DNA of 64,000 nt from Elusimicrobia bacterium RIFOXYA2_FULL_47_53 (GCA_001800315.1 MGVE01000017.1:4942-68941); one strand, 5' to 3'; positions 28,673 to 41,200 are shown, counted from the stretch's first letter. Notes: generated by a model not told the origin, from the letters alone. Program-made: numbers and translations.

Positions 28673-29227
28673 ATGGGAAAAAGTGCAGCAATCATCCTGC
28701 TTTTTTCTATGCTGGCGAACACACTGTCGCCGCGCAGTTTTCTTTTTGACGAAAACAGCGGCCTTGTCGCCGGAGCCTTAGGCGCGCAGACTATGGTCGT
28801 CAGCGTTCTTCGCTTCCCTTTTCATCCCATGAAGGCTGTAAAGGAACTCTACGATAAAAAAACCCCTCTTCCCTTTTCTCCGTCTAAAAACAGCGGCAAA
28901 CAGGGCCGCAGGACGGCCGGGGAATTTGAATATACGGTTTCGCTTGATAACCTGAAAGACAACAGGTTTGACAACACCTTCATTCTTGTAAATACTTTGG
29001 TTTCCTGCTCGCGTTCGCTTACTTTAACCGTCGGTAATATTAAGAATAATTCTCCCGGCGGGAATACTTTCGCGGCACTTTTGATATTCCTGATGTTGTT
29101 TGCTCTGCGCCCGAGAAGCTCAATAAACAGCGACAATATATTTCCGATAAAATATACAACTCTTAATCTCCGCCTCTTAACTGACGGCGGGGATTTTTTT
29201 ACTTACGGTACAGGGGAGATTTTATGA
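28673..29227 (+). CDS. Small membrane protein, paralog A (precedes giant ORF 1)
   Basis: ORF 28664..29227. ATG 28673 was chosen because 'MGKSAAIILLFSMLANTLSPR' aligns residue for residue with 'MKKALVLIILAAMVANFLVPR' of 47105. It has a second shared hydrophobic block, 'LLIFLMLFALRPRS'. Its stop overlaps the giant ORF start (ATGA). Confidence 0.6.
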   Translation: MGKSAAIILLFSMLANTLSPRSFLFDENSGLVAGALGAQTMVVSVLRFPFHPMKAVKELYDKKTPLPFSPSKNSGKQGRRTAGEFEYTVSLDNLKDNRFDNTFILVNTLVSCSRSLTLTVGNIKNNSPGGNTFAALLIFLMLFALRPRSSINSDNIFPIKYTTLNLRLLTDGGDFFTYGTGEIL

Positions 29228-32200
29228 AAACAACTAACTTTTCGTCGGAGAGCCTTCTGCGAATGCCGCTTGGCATTCTGTGGAAAATGCTTTTTTCGTG
29301 GATAAGAAAAAACGCGAAAAAAATTACCGCGGTAAATGTAATTATGGTTTTTTTGTCGTTTGAAATGATGTGGGTCAGCGGCTACGCGAGCACCATTAAG
29401 GAAATTCAGGACAAAAAAGTCTCCGAGCAGGCATTGGGCCGATGGGATAAGAAAGTTGAATTTAACGGTAAGTCAATTACTTACGCGCCAAACGGCGCGG
29501 CCAAGTCCGTAAAAGATAATAAGACGGGAATGACAGAGGATTTCATGGAAACTGACGGCAAGGTTTCCGTGATAATTAGCGATGCTCAGGGCAATGTATT
29601 ATCTCAGAAAGAAATGTCTAAACAGGATTTTGTTAATTATTTTAAGGCGCTGACATCGGGCGATTCTTCCAAACCCGATAAAGACGCCTCAAATGTTCAG
29701 TATGGAAAAGTTAAGGTAGAAGATAAATCAGCAAAGAAGTCCGATGGCCAGTATAATCTGGACAGCGGCGTTAAACAGGCGGGAACCGCGAAATCAAATG
29801 TCGGCGGGCAGGTGGATCTGGCGGCGCTTGCCGCTCAGTCGTGGCAGAAGGAATATTCCGCGGCCAGCCTTTCCGGGAAAAAACAGATGGTGGAACAGGT
29901 TGGTATAACCGAGGCGGAAGCTCAGAATTTCTCTCGTGAGACCGCCAAAAAAGTTCAGGCTCACCTCGGTTTTACCGATAAGAAACAGGATGAAAGCGGC
30001 ATAACGATAAAAGGCCTCGCTGATGTGCCCGAACAGATAGGCAGGTATGTAAATAAGGCGCTCGCGGGCATGGTTAATGTCGTAAAGAGCCTCGTTAAAG
30101 GAAAAGAGGGAAAAGAAGTTGAAGTCAGTATCGCGGATATCCAGGGCGCAGCGGAGAAATACGGCATCCGCCTTAAGAGTTCCAGAGGGACGGTCACTGA
30201 CCTGAAAGGTGTTGTCGCGGACGGGCCGGCGATAGCTCATTTGAACACCGGCGGCAAGACGGGAACTTTCGTTGTTGTTAAAAGCATTGACGATGACAAC
30301 GCTGCGATAATAAATTCGGATGGCAGTGAGTCAACCATTTCGGTTCAAGATTTTGAGGCCTCCTGGTCAGGGAAAATGATGTCGCAGAAATCTGACGGTC
30401 CGGAACTGGTAATAAGCGAGAAAAAAGAAACAAAAGGCAGGTTCTATAGTGAATTTTTCAGTTCAATAGGCAAGGTTTTCGGCGGCAGATCTGGTGATTT
30501 GAAAAACGCTGTCCGCGGTTCTCCTTCCGACACAGAGCCCGTGGTAGCTGGCGCTGTCGGCGGACAGATTTCAGAGGGAACGAAAACTGGACAGGTGTCG
30601 GATCTGAAAGGCAAACCAGGACAAGTCCAATCCTCAGCAAACGACCAGAGTGTAGTAGGTCAGACCATCAGTCAGATTGAAAAATTTCTCAACGATTTTG
30701 TTAATGCCAGCCCTGCCGAAAAAGCCAAAATGGCTGCCTCTCTTGGAGTTCCTGTCAGCCAGCTTGCCAATATAACCGCGGAAACTGCCTCAAAAATAAT
30801 TGATTATCTTAAATCTCAGGGTGAGGGTATACTCAACTGCGCTGTGCAGTCGCTGTTCAATCTCTTTGATTCTTCCGGGAAAAGCTACAGCAAGAGCGAT
30901 GTGGCCGCAAAAGCGATTCTCGTTGATATTATAACAGGAAATGTTACAAAACAGGCGGAGCAGGGCGGTCCGTTGCGCCTGAGTATGAATGCCATACAGA
31001 AGACGGCCGGAGCGTACGGCGTTGACATGACCGGCTACAGTACGGATATGGCAGGACTCAAAGACGCGGTTGCCAATGGCCGCGGAGCGGTTGCATACAT
31101 CAATACCCCCGATGGACAGGGCCATTTCGTTGTTGTCACAGGCGCGAAAGACGGGATGATCACCTACACCGATGCTGACGGCAAGAGCTACACGGTCAGC
31201 GAGTCGGATTTTCAGTCAAAGTGGTCCGGCCAGGTGCTTTCCCAGGAAAAGGTAAAGAGCCCGAATGCCGTAGAGCTTGGGTTCTCGGCGCTGAAACAAA
31301 CTATGGGCGCTTCTATGCCTCCATCAAATACTTATCCCACAGGCGCAGGCGAGTCAACTCCGGATCCCGATGCCTCAGCCTCGGCCCCGGCTCCTGACGA
31401 GGAATCTGGTGATAGTGACAGAGGTGATGGAAGGTCGGGGATTTATGGATTTGGTGGCGACGATGATTCCGCCGCAAGAGCTGCTGAGGAAGCCAGGAAG
31501 GCAGCTGAAGATGCGAGAAAGGCCGCTGAGGAAGCTCAACGGAAGGCCGAGGAGGCCCGTAAAAAGGCTGAAGAAGCGCGCAAAGCAGCTGTTGATAGAG
31601 AAGAGCAGAAAGCGCTTGATAAGGCTGCCGATGAAGCGGAAAGGGCCGCCAAAGAAGCAATTAGAAAAGCAGATGAGCTGGCTAAGATTGCTGATAAAAC
31701 AAAAACATCCGCTGAAAGAAAATCTGTTGAGTCTGTTGCGAATTCGCAGCCGTCCGTCGGTGCCGATTCTCAGGATACGGCTGATGTCTCAGTAACAGGT
31801 AAGATGGTAAGAAGCGCTGAAAATGCCGCGGTTGCTCCCCAGCAGGCTCGCGGGACAATGTCGGACATAATTAAAAAATCATTCGGTTTAAGCGGTACTG
31901 AGGATAAGGGCGAGTCAAATGCGCGTTCAAATATTACCGGTGAGACTGCAGATACGGCTTCCGGACTTCAGGATATAGCTAATCTAAGAACTTCCGTGGG
32001 GGCTGTGCCGTCTGACGAAGTGCCGTCTGCGGCATCTAGAGTAGTTGGTCCCAGATCAATAGGAACAGAATCCTCGGATCAGGAGGAAACAGTTGATTCA
32101 GGGCGCAGCGCCATACAGGAAGGTTTGAGGAATGTTTTTGGGGATATTCCCGCACCTGTTGAAAGCGCGGTTTCCGCTTTAGAGGGAACTTTTAATGTTA

Positions 32201-35200
32201 GAAGCATTTTGGGTAGTTATCGTAAAGATGTCTCCGGAGATGAAAGCGATTCAAGCGGAAGTTCTTCGCAGTATGACTCGGTGTCAGGAAAAACCGCCAT
32301 TCAGACAGCAGGATTAGGTAATTCCGGTTCCTCTCCCGTTGGTAGACAAGTTAGGAGCGAAGCTTCTGCCGGATTGTCGGAATCGGAATATGATAGTGGA
32401 TATAGCGGCAGAAGAGTTCTTTCAAGGACGGATGAGTCAGATATGTCCTACGGCCGCCGGATAGTTGACAGTTCCAGCGGCGATGAATCCTTTACTATGG
32501 CTATGGCCGGTTTTGGCGCCAAAAGATTTGGCGCTCAGGATGAATTATCCGAAGAGGATCAGGCTCTTGCTGAAGAGTCTGAAAAAATGGTTGACGATAT
32601 TGAAACCAAACTGAAAAACTATCAGAAAGCAAGCGCTAAGGAAAAAGCAAAGATAGCCGAAGAGCTGGGTGTAAAGCCTGAAGATCTGATGAATTTGACG
32701 GATCTGGAGATAAAAAGAATTGTTCATAATCTCAGGTCTATGGGCGGCGATCTGGCGAGAAATTATCAAAAAGCTAAGGATGAAAATACTTCCGGAAGTT
32801 TTTCGCTTGATGCTTTGCAAAACAGGGGATTTGATACTTCTCGTACAACGGCTGAAAAAACCAATGATTTATTCAAAGATATTATAACCGGCAAGGGTGT
32901 CAGGAACTCTTCGGAAAACAAAGATGGTCAAAATGAACCGCAATTTGATGAGTTTGGCGGCGCTTCTTATCAGTCTGCGGGCATGCGCGGGCAGAGTGAC
33001 GGCTACAACAAAAGTGTTTATGGTAGCGGGACCACTCTTCAGGAGTTGGGTGCCCGCGGCGCGAGTGCGCTGAATGATTTATTCCACCAGGGTTATAGTC
33101 TTTTTGAGGCCGCCGGGATGCTTGCCCAGGCAAAAGAGTTTTCTAAACTGCCTCAGGAAGTGCAGGACCAGTATAATCAGGCAGCTGATAAGATGACCGA
33201 TGAAATTGAAGAATGGTTATACGATTTTGAATCTGCCGATGCTGCCGGTAAAGAGAAAATGGCCAAAAAATTCGGCCTTACGGTTGACGAGGTAAAAAAC
33301 CTTACAGCTGATGGAATAGATCAGTTTGTTGGAATGCTCAGGATGCAGCGCGGCATGGCGCTGGCATTTAGTCCGGGCCTGAATAAACTATTTTCAGCTT
33401 TGCAGGGAAACGGCAAGAAATTTGACATGGCAAAGGTCGCCGGAGAGGCATTTTTGACCAATTTCCTTGTCGGCGGTTCGCGGGCATCAATTAAGAATGA
33501 GTCAAACGATGTGACAGGTGAAAATTATTCTACGAGAATTCCGCCCAGCCTCACCCTTGACCTGTACAGCGTGCGCAAAGTAGCAGCAAAATATGGCGTT
33601 GAAATGGGTATGGCATACAGGACCGATCTGCAGGGGCTTAAAGACGCCCTGGCCAACGGAACGGAGGTGGAAGTATACTGGTCACAGTATGGAAATAATA
33701 ACCTTGTCAAACTAATAGCGATAGATGGCGGACAGGTAGCTTTCATGACTGAGAGCGGCCAGGTTATGAATATTCCGGAAAAAGACTTCATATATAACTG
33801 GAAAGACGGCCTGGTTTTTACAAATGAGGAAATAACCAGAGGAGTAGCTGTCAGTGAAACTGAACTGAAGGGCCTTGGAATAAATAACTTTTCAGGAATC
33901 AAAAAAGAAAAAAGCAAAAAGGGTTTCCTTGGCGCAATAATAGGAGTTGTGGCCATTGTGGCCATGGTAGTAATATCCATATATTGCCCTCCTGCTGGTG
34001 CCGCTATAGGTACAGCTGCGGCCGGTGCGGGTACCGGTACGGCAGCTGCCGTAGGAACAACTGCTGCAATTGGAACATCATTGACTGCGACAGGTGTGGG
34101 TATGATGTCAGCCGGCGCGGCCATGATAGGTACGGGTATAGGAGCAACGATTGCAGGAGTAGGTATGGTTGCTGCCGGTGCTGTTGTTGCCGCAGCTGGT
34201 GCCATTGCCACAGCTGCTGCAGCGATAGGTGCGGCATTTTCCGCTGCTGGAGCTGCTGTCAGTAGCGCCATGGGACTTACTGGCGTCGCAGGTTCATTTG
34301 TTTCTGGATTTGTCTCAGGCGCTCTCTCGTCAATGGCCATGAGTATGGGTACTCAGCTGATAATGACCGGCTCAATAGATTTCGGCCAGGTTTTAAAATC
34401 AGGGCTAACTGGCGGTTTGACGGCAGGCATAATGCAGGGAATAAATGCAGGATTTGATGTGGCCATGGGCAACCCAATAGGATCAGCTGGTGGTGGCCTT
34501 TCAGGATTTGTAGAGAATTCGTTGGGTTTTGGAAGTTCTGCCGGCGGTTTTGCAAGTAATTTGATGCAGGGCGCAATAAGCGCGACGGTGGATTATGGTA
34601 TAAATGGTGGAAATTTTGTTGATAAACTTTCAAATCTAGGAATGAGTATCGGTAGCGGATTATTGGGTTTTGCTTCGGAAACATTAGGACTGGGTAAGGT
34701 ATTTAATAATATTGGGGCGTTGGCAGGTGAAATAGTTTCCAATGCGGTTAAAGGAGCTGTAGGAGCGTTGGTAGATTATGCCATAAACGGCGGCAATCTT
34801 GCTGAAAGCCTTACCAGGTCAATTGTCGGGTCAGCAATGAATGGCTTGGTTGGAGTAAATGGCTTAGGGCTTACTGGACAGCCCGCAAGCTCATTTATGG
34901 GAGATTTCTTTGGTACTGCTATCGTGAACTTTGTCACTGATACCGTTACAGCTTTGGTAAGCGGGAATGAATACGATTTTATGGACACTCTAACAAATAG
35001 CTTGTTGTCCGGATTTACAACAGCTACGACCAATTATGTGCTGGAGAAGCTATTTACTGAGAACGAAATTAAATTTGCGGATAAATATGGCTTTATTAAT
35101 GACCCCACGAGAACAGCTGACTACGCATCTGTATCGTTTGTTATGTCAGCTTTATCAAGTTTGACGGGTATAGCGGTAAAAAGCGCTCTCGGAATAAAAA

Positions 35201-38200
35201 TCCAGGATGGCGCAATCAATAGCGCCATTGCGGCAGCTTTTGAATCAGCCTTTAAGCCCTATTTGATTGGTATGTATAACAGAGGTGAGGCAGCTGTTTT
35301 GAGCGCTCAGGCAAGAGCAAATGGCTGGGGAGATAAAGACAGCGGCTTCTATATGGCTCCCCAGGATGACATAGAATTATTGCGTGACATTGACGGCAAT
35401 ATTAATATTATTAACGGTACCGCTCGGTACGGTTATGAAGATGGTGTGCATTATAATGTTTCTTATAAAGAAGGTAATTATTCTGAAATCCGTGTTAATG
35501 ATAAAGAGAAGGGTATTGTTAACGAATTGGCTGTCACAGGCCCTCAGAATGGCCTTGCTCAGGGTATTCTTGGCATTGATCCCCAAGGCATAATTAAGGG
35601 CAAAATGGTATTTGGACAGATTTACTATTGGAATGGTGGAACCGGAGTTGGCAGACTTTCTGATTCAAGCCTTTTTAAGGATGGCAAGTATTCTTACACC
35701 CTGGGTGACGGCAGGCTGGGCGTTGATATTACTCAAGAGCAGGGTAAATATGTACTGAACTTTAGTGTTGATAATGCTGCGGTGGATATGTATGGTTCAT
35801 CAATCGCGGGCACTGTTTTTACTTCGGATAACAAAAAAGAAGTCTATGTTCTTGATAAGAACGGCGAGCTTGTTGATGTAAAGGCAGGTGGTGTAACAAA
35901 AATGTCGGTAGGCGATGTTACCGTGGAATTTGGTTTTGATGATCGCGGCTATTTTAAAGGCGATATAGTTTCCAAAACAACTTTCACGAATATTGATGGG
36001 GTTACTAATACCTATACCCTGGACAGAGCGCTTATGCAGAAGGGTAAGACCACGATTTATTCTGCCAAGGGAGAAGATGGTAAGTCGTATCTCCTGGAAT
36101 TTAATGCCGATTTTGAGCTTGTGATTAAAGATGTTTTAAAAGTAAATCAGTCTTCTGCTAAAAATGGTGTTAAAGATGTTATAGAAGTGGATAAGAATAC
36201 CGGCGAGATTACAGACAGTTATCAGATGTTGTTAAAACAGCAGGATATGAGCGAAGCGACGAAGGCGATGTTCGGAAATAAATCCGAATTAAGAATAACG
36301 AGTTCGTTGATGAAAAATTTTGATGAAACGGCGGAGTCAAGTAAGTTCGCTTTCGTAAAAGGCGCTGATGGAAAAGAGTATGTGGTCGGATTGGATGATG
36401 AAAATAATATCAAAGATATTTTGACGGGCGAAGTGGCAAATAAAAATGGTGATTGTTTAATAACTTATAGTTCTGATGAAAACGGTGTTTTGGAAAGCAC
36501 AAAAACTCGGCTGATGAATAGTGACACGCTTAACCTTGAGGATAACGAGCGTGATGCCCTTTTTGGGGATAAAGACTTAATTGATGTGACAACGCAAAAA
36601 ACTGGTAGTGGCAAAGATCTTAAGATGTATGGCGAGATAAAAGACAAAGAAGGTAATGTTATTTATGTTTTGGATTTTGGGAGTGATTATGTGGTTGACG
36701 GGCTTCTCAGGAATAACACTACTCTTAATAACGGTATTCAGAAGATAAATTATACTTTTGACAGCAGTGGAAAAGTTAATAAGAGCGAGACTTGGACTGT
36801 CGCCGGTTCCGATTACGACGCCGATCAACTGAAGTTTACGGAAAATGCCGACGGGCGGAGCGTTGTTCAGGCAAGAGACAAGGATGGCAAAATTAAAGCC
36901 ATTGATTATGTAGATTATAAGGATGGGGAGTATCTTGATGGAGGGGCAATAGACAAGGACGATGAGTTTGTGCAATATAGGGGTGAAAATGGTACGGCAT
37001 TATATGCTTCTTGGGACGGCAAGTCCGAGCTTCTTTCAAGTTTTGGCGATGGCAGAAAGACAGCAGAGCTGGTAATAGGCGGGAAAACATTAAAAGTTGA
37101 GATAACTAAAGACGGAAAAGGTTTGCGTCTTACTGACGGGCCTGCAAAGATTGGCCTTCCCGGCGGCAAAGACCTGGTGATTGATGAGGTAATTAAATTA
37201 GATACCGAGAGAGGAGACCTTACCTGCACCGGCAAGTTGAATGTCGGAGCAGGCGAATCGGCTGAATTTGACAAGGAACATGTTTTTGCTGAGAAAAATT
37301 CTCAGGGTGGGGATCCGGGTCCGGATAAGTCGAAAACTAAGGCCAATACTGAAGTAGGACTGCAAATAGACAAAGATGGAAAAGTAACTATAACCGGTGA
37401 AAAAGGCGAATCATCGCTTGATGTCAGTTTCAGTTTTGAAGCTGCCCTTGGCGGTACGGACAGTATTGAAAGAAATATGCGCCTTGAAGGTTTTGCAAAA
37501 GGGACGCAGATTAACTTTAGATCTGATTATAGCGCCTCTGTTTCAGGCACCGGCTATAACAGCCTGCTCGTGACTGCCGGATCTTCAATAGTCATTCAGA
37601 GAGAAGGCGGCATAATGCAGAACCTTGACGGCCTTGCTAAAGGTTCGTATATCGTAAAGGGTGTAAACGCGGATGGCGCTAAAGTGACACACGAGGAGCG
37701 CGCCGCGTCATCTGTCGGGCAAATCAAGTCAATTGATACAATTCAAAAAGGTTCCCAGACTACGACAGTTGAAACAAAAATTGGAAGTGTTGAAAACGGG
37801 AAAGTAACGGATTATACCTATACTTACAATGGGGTTGCTTCTTCTGAAGACGCTCAGTTAGATGGTGATAGAGGAACACTTATTGTTTTTGAAGACATGG
37901 GTGGTGTTATTTTAGGCAGGGATGCTAATGGCATAACTACGCTTTCAGGAATTGTTATGTCCGGCACCCTGAAGTCTGGTGTAGTTGATGGGAGAGATTA
38001 CGCGTATTCATTTAATATTTCAGGGCATAAAGGGGATTATCGGCTTGACACACAACTTTTTGTTGGCGGTGTGCCTTACAATCCGGTTGACCTGATTTCC
38101 AGGCAGGGTAATGTGTCGCGTAGTTTGTATTTTGGCGGCAAGGAAGGTAAATACTCCGCGCTTGCAATAGATTTTAAAGATGGCGATATCGTTGGTATTC

Positions 38201-41200
38201 ATGGTGTCCAGTTAACTGGGAATAATCAGGAAGTTGAGCTGGGTAACGGTAAATCGGCAATATTCTTCAGGAACGCAGATGAAGTTCTGACTTACCAGGG
38301 GAGTTATGATACAGGAAGAATAAGTGAGAAAAATGGAGACATATATGTGTCCGATTCTATATTGAAATCCTTTGGTGTTAATAACAGTATGAATATTAAA
38401 GGAGATTTAATATTTAGAAATAACGGGACAATGAGCTCGGAATATAAAGAACTCTACAAAGGTAAAGAACTTGTAGGTAATCTTGAAAACAAGGGCAATG
38501 GTTTATATGCTGTCATCCCTCCTAATGGAAGCGATAAGATAGACCCAATCGCAGTTAAGGCCAAGGACGGCAAGGGCGGCTGGACGGATGCCGATTTTGA
38601 AATATCCAGCCTCCAGTTTAGCAATGATGGAACAACTACCGCCATGGGAAGGCTATTGCTTGATTCCGGTGAAAGTGTTGGCGGAGCAAAACTAAGTGAA
38701 ACTCTTGGAGGGGAAGGTGGGAGCGCCCCGGAGAATAAGCTTGGCAAGCCTGATTATTTCTTAACAATAGATGGTGATACGATAACAAATACTGGCGCGA
38801 ATGAGGTTGGATTCAGCGTTTCAGTGTCTATGGATCAGCTTGCTAACGGTCAGATAACAGAAATGACAGTAACTGGTTTTGATACTTCAACCCAAGTCAC
38901 GGTTTTGAAAGCTCAGCTTAATTATTCAAGGCCGCTTGGAAATGGACTTACAGCTACAGGCACAGTCACTATTCAGAATAAAATATTTAGTATTTCCCGG
39001 CCTGGTGGTTTGATGGCAAACTGGGATACAATGGAAAATGTCCAGGGTAAAAATGGTGCGGCGTTTGAAGCGGTTTCAATAATTGATTCCAAGGGAAATA
39101 TCGTTAAAGATGAAAAAGGTAACTTGGCTCAGGGTGTAAGAGTATTTGGCGACAAAGGCAAGGTGGAGCAGAGTGGAATAGCCAATATTCAGCTCCAGGG
39201 TAGCTGGATTGATACTTCAACGGCTGAGTTTGCTACAAGGACAGTATACCAGGACTTCGGCGCCGGAGTTGTTGATGTGCTTGCGGGTTCAGTAAAGGTG
39301 CTGTTTGAGGATTCTACTGAATCCGGTTGGAATAAAATATTTAGTGGCGTTGCTCAGATGTATGGTGGTGGTTTGGGTGTCATTTCTGATATTTATGCTA
39401 CAGCAAGTAATTTAGTGAAGCTTATTCCGGCATCGACACGAGTTGAAGCGGAAGAATATTTAATGAATAACAGTATCCTCGCCCAAGGAGCAGTTAGCTT
39501 ATATAATGCATCTTCAGAGCTTGTTCAGTCTGTATTGGGGTATGTGACTGATTCTGGTGTAGATAAAAATAAAGCGATAGACAATATTAAAAATAATCCA
39601 ATAATTATTGGTTTTGAAAATGCAATGTCGGGATTAGCTTCTTTTGCAAATAAAACTTATGATTTCTTGGTCGCCGTCGGTTCCGTTACTACAGGTCTGA
39701 TAATTAAGGCTGTAACTTGGATCCCAAATGCAATAATGGGTATAAAGGCTGGTGATTACAGCGATGATTTTGCAATTAAAAATAACAGCTGGACTAAGTT
39801 TGGTGATGAGATGGAAGCCTGGGGTTTAAGTACTTTGACGGGCAAACAATATGCCTCAGGTAAGGATTTGACATATTCTGATGCTTTTATCGTAGGCGCA
39901 AAGATTGGTGCAACACTTGCCGTTGGGACAAAATTATTGACTGCCGCAAAATCCATATTTGGTGTCAGTTTTAAATCAATTGTTACCGATGCTGTAAATG
40001 CTGGTGTAATAACTACGGCGGCAAATATGGGTACTAATGTTGTTTTGGGTAAGCCGATAACCGCTGAGAATATTACATCTTCATTCTTGTCAGGAGTACT
40101 TATGGGCGGAGGGTTGTCATTAGGTTTAAGAGGTATAGGCGCTGCTCTGGGTACATCAAGCTTTATTGCAAATAGGGTTGCCGGTGGTAAATTGTTTGGT
40201 CAGATAGCAACTTTTGAAAAGACTTACCTTGCAGGTATGGATTGGTTGGGTATGTCGGCGATCAATGGTACTATCCGCGTGGTTAATGCAGTAGATGCAT
40301 GGGCTGCCACCGTTGCTAAAGGAGTTATGACCGCGGCTTCAAGCGGAACGGCTATGATAACCTATGGAGGCGTCTGGAATTTCGCAAAAGTCGCTCCGAT
40401 TTTTGGTGTCGTTGAGACTGTTGGCGGCCTAACCTGGGATATGGTAGTCAAGGGTAAGGATGTAAATGAGAGCATTGAATCAAGGGGTGGGATCTATGCC
40501 ATGGCAACAAGAATAGTAACTCAGCCGTTTGAGTTTGCAAAAATGGCCCTCTGGCTTCAGCCTATGATGGGGGTTGCCCAAGCGACTGATAAAGTTGTAA
40601 AGGCATTGCTTGGAGAAGGGCGTTTTGGCCAGACAATGAGAGTTCTCTCTGGCGAGCATAGCGCGAGCAATCTTATTAGAAGCGGAAAAGTGCTTTTTGA
40701 CTACTCCGGTAAAATTAATGTGGAAGCTTTAATCGCGAGAAATCTTGAAAGACAGGCGGCTAAGCATGGGTTGGCTGCACAGTTTGATAGCGCAATATTT
40801 ATTTCCGGAACGCTTTCAGCAAGCGCTTCAATAGGTACACTGATAGGCTCAACGGTTTTTGGTAAAGATAATAGCGCTATAAATCCTCTGACCGGTATGA
40901 CCGAGGCTCAGGAATGGGGGCAGTCATTTGCTTTCTGGTCTCTGTTGTTCCTGCCTCGTTCTACCGTTACGGGGGTTAAACTTTCCAAAGCTCTTGGAGT
41001 TGAGAATGCTAACAAGTTGCTGAGTGGGTCTGCGGCAGGTGATGTTAAGATTAAAGACATACTTACCGGCGACATTCCTGCTTTTGGAGAAATGCCTGTC
41101 GCGAAGGCTCGGGAGTATATAGCTAATGAGTTTCTTGGAAAAAGGTTTGAGGTCGGTTCAATAGATTTTGAGAACAGTAAAATTGCCATAAAAGAAATAG

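Noticed and set aside
29070-29227. The late helix plus 'RPRS' of the small paralogs as a PEP-CTERM / GlyGly-CTERM-type sorting signal
   Set aside because: The layout (short G-containing motif, TM helix, basic cluster) is superficially similar. But 18-35 further residues follow the basic cluster, whereas true sortase-type signals end the protein. No exosortase or rhombosortase gene is seen.
33525-34340. 271-aa minus-strand ORF, plus several 77-135 aa ORFs in other frames (33984..34265 +, 34004..34237 -, 34277..34684 -)
   Set aside because: All lie inside the GCN-rich Gly/Ala block of giant ORF 1. The stop-poor low-complexity composition keeps every frame open. The products are Ala/Pro or Cys/Arg homopolymer-like, and none has an RBS.
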